Source: Octopus bimaculoides (Eukaryota). Taken from it: a stretch of 43,183 nt of DNA. Both the position numbers and the translations under genes were made by a program. The notes below the pieces were generated by a model. It was not told the origin of the DNA and did not search any database. It saw only the letters and a list, made by a program, of their open reading frames with translations. The DNA lies in the NCBI RefSeq assembly GCF_001194135.2, contig NC_068983.1:137175739-137218921 (forward strand), given 5' to 3'. Shown here piece by piece: positions 35,170 through 43,183 of this stretch (the first letter of the stretch is position 1; each line of letters opens with the position of its first letter).

Positions 35170-35727
35170 AAAATGCCCGGATGCAGTACCAAGCAGTGAC
35201 TCATGGCTTCGGATCTTAATTGATTGGAAGTGTTATCACGTACATTGTTTTGTCTTGGTATAAAAGATGGGCTACAGCAAATATTCTGCTTAATACCACA
35301 GATTTGCTTGTCAGTTGTTTGACCTTGACCAGTTGAGCATGTCCCTTGGTGGCTGACGGTATGTGCATCTCTGATCATGAGCAGAAGTAATGGGGGAGAA
35401 TCATAGCCATGTGTTGAGAGGAATTCTTTGGGGGTTTGAATAATTTACCTTTGGAAACATGGGTGCTTTGCTCAACATCCTTAAACAAACCTTATTCAGG
35501 GACCTTTTGAGCGGGATGGGCTACTCGACCTGAAGAAAATTCTAACTGGGCCCCACCTGCGAGGTCATGCGCTGTTTATCTTGATATGAGATCACCATGT
35601 CGCGCACATATGGTTGTGATGCATGTGCCTGGTGTACCTTTATCAGACGGGTAGTCATGATGGGTATAATGGGCTTCGTATATTTTACCCCAGTGTCACT
35701 TTGATGGCATGCACTGCTCTCTCACTC

Positions 35728-35729
<2 letters not shown>
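35170..35729 (-). mobile_element. ~550-bp unclassified interspersed repeat, copy 2
   Basis: Reverse complement of 2094-2644; flanked by (AAT)n on both sides. Confidence 0.9.

Positions 35730-35763
<34 letters not shown>
35728..35763. repeat. Perfect (AAT)n
   Basis: Direct. Confidence 0.98.
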
Positions 35764-35764
<1 letters not shown>

Positions 35765-37606
35765 TTCAGTACTTAATATGAAAAAAGAGAAGAAAGCAGT
35801 TTGCAGAGGATTGCGGTTACCATCAAGAGAGACCATGGGTGAACCTGACAGTAGTGGGTGTAGATACTGAGGGATCTGGGAGCTGGATGACATTCTACAC
35901 AGAGAAATGAAAGTCGAGGTCAGCGAGGCGTATCAAAAAAGGGTGAAGATGGTGTTGAAATCCAACCTGAATGCCAAAAATTTGATTACCGTAATGAATA
36001 TCTGGGCAGTTGCGGTGGTCAGATATAGTGCGTCCATCCTCAAGTTGACTAAGGAGGAAATATCAACACTGGATAGAAGGACAAGAAAGTTGATGACGCT
36101 GCATGAGGTGCTATACCCTAAAGCAAACATAAACAGACTGTATATGAAGAGAAAGAATGGTGACAGAGAACTAATTAGTATAGACCATTGTATAAGGAGT
36201 GAAAGGAGAATGCTTGCCGAGTATTTGATAAATAGTGATGAAGACTTGCTGCAATATACCACGAAAGATATGGATGTAAATGAAGATGAAATGATGGGCA
36301 AGGAAGAGTTTAACCAAAGAGCTGAGGAGAAAAAAAAGATCTTGTTCAAAACGGGGGCACCAGTATTTTCTTAACGAAACACTTTGAAACTTGGGACACT
36401 GGTAGAATGTGTCATATAAAACACCTTTTTCTCTTAGTCTTCTTAACAAAAAAACGTACATCACAAGTTATTTCATGTTAAAGTTGTCGTATTTCTGTAA
36501 TTTCAACCAATGACTGACGTCCATTCAGCCGTAAAAATTAAGTGCTGACTACGTAAACAAACGATTCGCGGCGGTGATAAAATTATTATTTCCTTGTCAA
36601 AAAATGCTGAAGCGTATTGGCAGTAGCTAATAAACCTTTCTATTATAGGCACAAGGCATGGTTTCTGTTCTATAACACAAAATAGATAAGTATACGAAGT
36701 TTGAAAGTCTTTCGGTACCAAAAACACTACATAAAACATTAATGAAAACTGGTGCCCCCGTTTTGAACAAAATCCGAAGAAAAAAGAAGACCTTGAAATG
36801 AGAATGCATGGACAGTTTGAAAGGAATACACAGGACGTTAAGGATAATACAGCATCGTGGGCTTGAGCGAGGTGATTTGAAGCATACCACCGAAAGCCTG
36901 ATCATTGCTGCACAAGACCAGGCTCTCGCTAGCAAGTCAATGAAGTATAACATCTATAAAACTTCTGACACCCAGAAATGCAGACTCTGTGGAAAGAGCG
37001 TGAAAATGTGAGCCACTTGGTAAGTGGATATGAGAGCCTTGCACAAAAAGAAATCAAGCGCCGCCACAATAAAGTGTGTGTGTATCTTCATTGGCTCTTA
37101 TGCCGTAAATACCAATACGAAGTAACAGAGAACTGGTATGAGCATGTACCAAGTAAAGTTATGCAGGAGGATGGAAAAGTAACGATACGCTGGGACTATG
37201 AGTTTCAGACGGATCGTGTAATCGAATACCGTCGGCCGGATATTGTCATATTGAATAAGAGAGACAGATACTGTCAGATCATTGATGTAGCCATACCAAA
37301 TGACATGAGTGTTGTGAGTAAAGAGTTTGAAAAAATCCGAATTGAAAGTCGAAATGGCAAGACTATAGAATGCGAGAGGATAATGTAAAAGTGGTGGTCG
37401 GAGCGCTGGGCTCAATCCCATTGAAACTTCAAGACTTCTTAAGGCAACTGGGAATCCCATGCAAGATTGATGTCTTGCAAAAAGCAGCCTTATTGGGCAC
37501 AGCGCACATTTTAAGGAAAGTATTATCTGTCTGAGGTCCTTGTCGTGACTTGACAGATGACTAAAGACTCCGGTGCATTTTTACCTACACTGTGTTACGA
37601 AGAACT
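35764..37606 (+). mobile_element. Dong/R4-clade LINE 3' part (RT thumb, CCHC, REL), interrupted by a MITE
   Basis: MKVEVSEAYQKRVKMVLKSNLNAKNL..WAVAVVRYS..LDRRTRKLMT..LYPKANINRLYMKRKNG; ESLIIAAQDQAL..KCRLCG..HLVSG..RRHNKV..WYEHVP..WDYEFQTDRVIEYRRPDIV..IIDVAIP..ILRKVLSV*; (TAA)n at both ends. Confidence 0.95.
36337..36775. mobile_element. GGATC-ended MITE (Merlin-like), third copy, inserted into the Dong ORF
   Basis: TIR (A)GATCTTGTTCAAAACGGGGGCACCAGT / ACTGGTGCCCCCGTTTTGAACAAAATCC; 8-bp flanks GAAAAAAA vs GAAGAAAA; internal blocks shared with 30906-32567. Confidence 0.9.
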
Positions 37607-37624
37607 AATAATAATAAATAATAA

Positions 37625-38820
37625 GCAGACGTTGATCGAATGTACCTACCTAAAAGTAATGGGGGAAGAGGAATGATGTAGGTAGAACTGTGCTATAAGA
37701 CCTCCACAATAGCAATGAACAGGCACTTATCTAGCACAAAGGAATGGATGCTGCGGCTTGTGTGCAAACACGAAAGCAGCAAAAAATCACATTCTATCGT
37801 CAAGGAAGCTTGCAAATTTGCAAGGGAACTTGGCATTAACCCTGAATTAGGTGAAGAACTTGAAACCACTGTCACAAAACAAGCAAAACGGATCAAGCAG
37901 ACTCCAAAAAAGAACGAGCAGAAATAAATTGAGGAGCGGTGGAAACGAGACTCTGCATGGACAGTATATACTTTGAAGTCGAAATGCTGATGTAGACCAA
38001 GCGACAACCCATCAGTGGCTGAGAAGTTCAGAACTGAAAGCAGAGACTGAAAGTTTCATATTGGTAGCAAAAGATTAAATTTTGCTTACCAAAAACTACC
38101 AGGCTGTTCTTCAAAATGTTTCTGTCCCTAAATGCAGATTCTGCGACACATTTGATGAAACAATAGACCATCTCGTCTCGGGTTGTCATGTGCTGACACC
38201 AAACGAATACAAAAATCGCCACGATAGGGTAGGACAGTATTTACATTGGAAAATATGTAAACATTACAAAATCAGCACTCCTGCCTACTGGTATGAACAT
38301 CAACCTGGGCCAGTCGTTGAAGGTAAAAATGTCACTATGCTCTGGGATTTTCCAATCAACACTGACAGTACAATCCAGGCTAATCGACCAGGCATAATTA
38401 TTAAAGACGGGAAAGAAAATACTTGTAGACTAATAGATGTAAGTATTCCCACTGATAAAAATATATCTGTAAAGGAATTTGACAAATTAAGTAAATATAA
38501 GGACCTGGAAATTGAAATACAAAAGATGTGGCATCTTAAAGCGAGAGCTGTTCCTGCTATTGCAGGTGCCCTAGGTATGATGAAAAAAATTTTTTTTTAA
38601 ACAACTAGATAAGATCCCAGGAAAACAATGTCTCAGAGAAATCCAAAAGATTGTGCTGACAAACACTGCCCACATCCTGAAGATATTTCGCTACTGCCCC
38701 TGCCACTTCCCTTCCCCAAGCTTACAGTCATGCCGTAACGTCTCTTATCCTTCACTCACCCTAGGACGCTGGGTGAGTCTCGGTAAGTGATTGTAACAAA
38801 CATGCAGATTAAAAGTAAAT
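37625..38820 (+). mobile_element. Dong/R4-clade LINE 3' part, second subfamily
   Basis: ADVDRMYLPKSNGGRGM..; PKCRFCDTFDETIDHLVSGC..RHDRVGQYLHW..WYEHQP..LWDFPI..NRPGIII..LIDVSIP..KLSKYKDLEIEIQKMW..GALG; begins in the TAA tail of the previous copy. Confidence 0.95.
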
Positions 38821-38924
38821 GATAATAATAATAATGATAATAACAACAACACAATGCTTCAAATTTTGGCACAGAGCCAGCAGTTTTTGAGGGGTGGAGG
38901 AAGTCGATTAAAGAAGAAGAAGAA

Positions 38925-39470
38925 GAGCTTAGCAAATGTAGAATCTGAAGGAAAAGAGAAGAAAGTATCAATCCGCTCTTGAATGTGCGCAGTCAGCTTG
39001 CACAAAAAGAGTATAAGCGCAGGTTTAACTGCGTAGGTAAAAGAGTGCATTGAAATGTTAGCCGAGTGAGTGGCCTCGAAACAATAGGAAAGTGGCATGA
39101 GCACGATCCAGAGGATGTAACAGAGAATAAGAATTACAGGATATTATGGAACTTCTTCATAAAGACTGACCATACTATTGAAGTAAGACCAGACATATTA
39201 TCATAGAGGACAAAATAAATAGCGTAAGAGCATAGACTTTGTAATTTCTTATAATAGAGTAAAGAAATTGATAGAATTCAGAAATATCAGGATCTAACTA
39301 GAGAGCTGAATAGACTGTGAAAGAATAAGGCAACAATTATTCCTGTGGTAATTGATGCATTTGGCACAACACTCAAAATGCTATCCGAAAGATATTGGAA
39401 TTGCGACTGACATTGTCAATCTACAAAAAAGTACCCCCCTGTATTCTGCAAGAATCCTAAGAATGTCTTT
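38925..39470 (+). mobile_element. Dong/R4-clade LINE 3' fragment, older
   Basis: SKCRI..EESI..LAQKEYKRR..KWHEHDPE..RILWNFFIKTDH..RPDI..QKYQDLTREL..IIPVVI; many stops. Confidence 0.85.
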
Positions 39471-39560
39471 GCTTTTCATTCTTTCAGAGTCGATAAAATA
39501 AAGTACCAGTCAAGTACTGAGGTCGATGTAATTGATTTTCCCCCGCCTCCAAAAAACAAA
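39470..39560 (+). mobile_element. SINE family A fragment
   Basis: TTCATTCTTTCAGAGTCGATAAAATAAAGTACCAGTCAAGTACTGAGGTCGATGTAAT. Confidence 0.75.
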
Positions 39561-39880
39561 TTCGAAAAACTACTTCAGAAAGCAAAAATATTCACGTCAT
39601 TAACATGATTGCAGGATCAACTACAGCACAAGAATTTAGAAGGTAACAAAACTAGACATTCGAGAAAGTAATAGTAGGAATGTTCTCAAAAATCATACGA
39701 TACACTATAAATCTGATATTCAATGACTGTACATTCCAAGTTAAGGAGGTGAGAGTGGGCTGAGATTTACATATTGAGTGTCAAAAAACAACTTCAGAAG
39801 GCGCTTAAATAAGGCTCACTTCTGCAACCCACAAGAGTGTATACTACATACCATTGTCGACTATGATAGCAATAAATCAA

Positions 39881-40003
39881 GTTGTTGTTGTTGTTGTTGT
39901 TGATGATGATGATGATGCCGACGACGACGATGATGATGATGATGCTGACGATGATGACGGTAATGACGGTAATGACAGTGGTGGTGGTGGTGGTGGTGGT
40001 GGC
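39881..40003. repeat. Compound trinucleotide microsatellite (GTT)(GAT)(GAC)(GGT)
   Basis: Direct; the register is maintained throughout. Confidence 0.95.
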
Positions 40004-40504
40004 ATACAGTTGGATAAGATACAACTGAGTTTTGCACGGAGATAAAGTTCAAAATTGTGGACATCTCTCTTCTAAATTTGGCTTCACCTAGAACTAGTAA
40101 AGAAGCCATTCACCGGGAAATAACAGACAACATATCTTTTAACAGCGGGGATTGAATGTCAGCCACTTTCACACAAGATGGAAATTCGATATTTTATCTC
40201 ACATCTTCCAAACGTGAGGTATAGACGTAGGTATAGATGTACAATGAAATTCGCTTTAGAACAACAAGGTTCCATAGTGCAGAACGCTCGGCAAGTATCT
40301 TCTACTAGAGAACCATGAGTAGACCAAAGTGTTGTGACTGGTAGATGGAAATTGTGAGAAATATATATGAAGGTCTTTCTACACCCGAGTGTACTCGAAC
40401 ATGTTAAATATGACTTTACACGAATGTATTTTATTCAACGTCGCGGCTCATTTAACTTTAATCTGACCCCGCTTTACGCACATCGTATCGTAATCTGTTC
40501 TAAT

Positions 40505-40722
40505 ATTAGTTTTAAATTATGATATGAGGACAGCAATTTTGGGAGAAGGAGTAAGTCAATTCCATCAACTCCCAGTGCTCAACTGGTTCTTATTTTATCG
40601 AACCCGAAAGGATGAAAGGCAAAGTCGGCCGCAGCTGAATTTGAACTCAGAACGTGAAGACGGACGAAATGCTGCAAAGCATTTTGCCTGGCGTGGTAAC
40701 GATTCTGCCGGCTCGCCGCCTT
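40505..40722 (-). mobile_element. SINE family A, full length
   Basis: Head AAGGCGGCGAGCCGGCAGAATCGTTACC on the minus strand; TGTTCTAAT on both sides. Confidence 0.92.
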
Positions 40723-41609
40723 ATATATTGTTCTAATGTAAGAATGAATTTGTTCTTATGAGGCTGTAAAGGACAGATCTGGTGTTCATTGCTGACGATG
40801 TGATAGGACGCAGAAATGCATGGGTCCTATGATCCAGTGACGTCATGTCAAGTAGAATTTTCTTCCGAGACTATTTCTGCAGTGGAAGGTCTTCTCACGT
40901 CTGAGTATATTCGAATGTGTTAGATATGACTTTAAGAGTCGAAAATACACAACGATGTTTATTAACTATAACTTTTAAGGTGGTGCATACAAAGAAGTGA
41001 TGGCCAAGGAAATCTAATTCGAAACAGCTTCCCTATTAGAAATGTTGGAATAAAAAATCTACATCATCATATTTATAATATAATAATGAGTTTATTGTAT
41101 ACGGCACTCAGGCGCACTACAAATAGTCAGAAAAGGATAAGTAGGAGGCAGAAAGCAGCAATAAGTCAAGTAAAGAAAAGTAGTTAATGGCTGCCAAAAG
41201 TGCATGCATAGTACACAAGATAAAACACAAGACAAAAAAAGAGGACATAAAAACGCCATAAAGAGGAAAGGGTGCACAGGCACATCCGGAGCAGCCCCAA
41301 CCACATTCATAAAAATGACTGAATGGAGCAACGTATTAAATTATATTCAGTAATGCATGATGCCATACAATGTAAATGTACAATCTTTGATATGTGTTTT
41401 GCAAGTATGTTTTAGTGCATAGAAATTGTTCATATAATTACGGAAACTCGTTTATATTGGCAATAGAAAATATACGCATATTATATAAAATTTGTATATT
41501 CTGTTTCGCTCCAACAGTGTAATATATATAAGACAAGTTATAATGATATTTATATTACATGTATATGGGTTGCATGCACCATTAATTATTGGCAAAATTT
41601 TGGTTATTT

Positions 41610-41745
41610 ACTTCGATCAGAATCTGCTTTATTTTATCGGTGGGATGAAAGGTAAAGTTGACCTCGGCAGAAATTGAAGTCAGAACATAATGATCACAAA
41701 GTATTTGTCCTACTCGGCCAGCTTGCCACATTTAGTAGTGTATAT
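41610..41745 (-). mobile_element. SINE family A, degenerate
   Basis: TTATTTTATCG..GGATGAAAGGTAAAGTTGACCTCGGCAGAAATTGAAGTCAGAAC. Confidence 0.7.
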
Positions 41746-41785
41746 AATGATATATAAAATAACATACTAAATTTTTTTTCGGCAG

Positions 41786-41939
41786 AATAAAGTTCAGGGA
41801 AATTGCATACGCGAGCCAATTTCAAATTGCTGATGAAGCTAAATCCATTATATTTCGCCTCATTTCAGTTATGTTTGCTAATGCAATTGAAAAAAAAGCA
41901 GCTTTGTTTCCCTCTGTTTTAAACTATGTGGTCTCCAGG
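41786..41939 (+). CDS. Weak candidate internal exon
   Basis: TTTTTTTTCGGCAG| ... CAGG|GTAATA, 51 open codons IKFREIAYASQFQIADEAKSIIFRLISVMFANAIEKKAALFPSVLNYVVSR; could be chance. Confidence 0.2.
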
Positions 41940-42648
41940 GTAATATATCGTGATTAAGTCTTCCTGTTATTTTAGCTTTCTATTAAACTTTAAAATGGGA
42001 CAAATGTTAAAAGAAAGAAAAAGATGCGGTATTTTCTTTTTCTACTTATTAATAAAAACAGTTGTTCCATATGTTTGTTTTTTCTAGCCATATTATTTAT
42101 TCCTTGTTGTCTCTGATGCTCTTGCGAACAGCATGAATATTATAATTCCTCATAAATTTAGAGCATTGTATCTAAATATGAAATCAAATGTGTCTAGAAA
42201 CCAAAATAGATAAGCCATCTGTTGTATCCTTCTCTTTCAGCTGACTTAGGCCTTTAACTTTGTGTTATTGCCAAAATTAAATTCCAAAATTGGTACTGAC
42301 TGACCTGATTTGATAATGACCTGACAAAACCAGCAACTCTGTTACATGGTTCCGACATTCCATTTAATAACTTTGAAATGTTGCATGCAAAAGGTCATTT
42401 GTCATGCCTGATCTTCATTGTTTCAATTCCATTTTTTATTACAAGTTCCAACTATCAAGTAACAGGACAGTTTTCGCTGTCATCGTCGCTGTCACCATTG
42501 CCGCCGTCGTTGTCGATTATATTACATTTAATTTCATGTTTAAAAAATTAAAAAATACGAATCCAGACAAAACCGCCCAAAGTTATTTCTAAGGAATCTA
42601 TTCAAAGAATTTTAGTGCTTAATATATTCTGAGATATTAGTGGAAAGC

Positions 42649-42846
42649 GAAGGCGGGCAGAATTGTAAGCACGCCAGGCAAAATGTTTCGTCCGTCTTTA
42701 TGCTCTGAGTTCAAATTCCCCTGAAGTCGACTTTGCTTTTCATCCTTTCAGGGTCGATAAAAATAAGTACCAGTCATGTAGTGGGGTTGAAGTAATCAAT
42801 TTATTCCTTCCCCTAAAATTTCTGACCTTGTACTTATAGTAGAAAG
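42649..42846 (+). mobile_element. SINE family A, full length, 16-bp TSD
   Basis: Perfect TSD GATATTAGTGGAAAGC at 42633-42648 and 42847-42862. Confidence 0.93.
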
Positions 42847-43183
42847 GATATTAGTGGAAAGCTTTCAAATGGCAAACCCGCAAGAACACTGGATTAAACG
42901 CGTTTCACTGTTTACTTCCATCTTTCAATGTTGTTAGTTCAAATTCTGTCGGAGTGAACTTTATTTTTCCTTACTCCGGGATCGATAAAGCATACATTGA
43001 CTGGATATAGATTATACAAATTTGTGGTCTGATACTAATGTAAAAAAATCGATATTAGTTTGGTATGCGTGGTAGAATACGGAGTAAGTTTATGTCAAGC
43101 CGAAATATTACGAGTTACAATAATGGGTTGATACAAGCTCACCTTTATTTACACATTAAATATGAATTATTATTTATATATAT

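Noticed and set aside
2094-35729. 33-kb giant inverted-repeat transposon or segmental duplication bounded by the 550-bp copies
   Set aside because: The copies are clearly diverged, flanks do not continue the match, and adjacent SINEs are different subfamilies.
1-43183. CRISPR array, prokaryotic operon or defence system
   Set aside because: No regularly spaced direct repeats and no dense intact ORFs; the content is metazoan repeat DNA.

Overview
AT-rich, repeat-dense eukaryotic non-coding DNA with two N gaps (664-1513, 4717-5045). The SINE/LINE repertoire is what I recall from Octopus (coleoid cephalopod) genomes; that assignment is recognition, not a database result. No intact protein-coding gene, rRNA, true tRNA gene or CRISPR array is supportable. 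Most of the window is transposon debris: five Dong/R4-type REL-endonuclease LINE fragments, mostly at simple repeats such as (TAA)n; CR1/L2-group and Tx1/L1-group LINE fragments; an ORF1-only Tx1-like element; many tRNA-derived SINE copies; an inverted Tc1/mariner pair; hAT- and piggyBac-like MITEs; and a nested GGATC-ended (Merlin-like) MITE family carrying telomeric repeats. The most unusual observations are (i) a ~140-bp foldback element whose arm spells a hammerhead-ribozyme core with the compensatory U3-A8 pair, (ii) the telomere-repeat MITE inserted into its relative's CCCTAA tract with a perfect 8-bp TSD, (iii) the ORF1-only element sharing a 3' stem-loop/AATAAAGAAA end with a Tx1 ORF2 fragment, and (iv) chains of different elements stacked on (TAA)n/(ATT)n. 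A few isolated candidate exons are listed at low confidence. Family boundaries without TSD/TIR are approximate (tens of bp) and identities are by-eye estimates.
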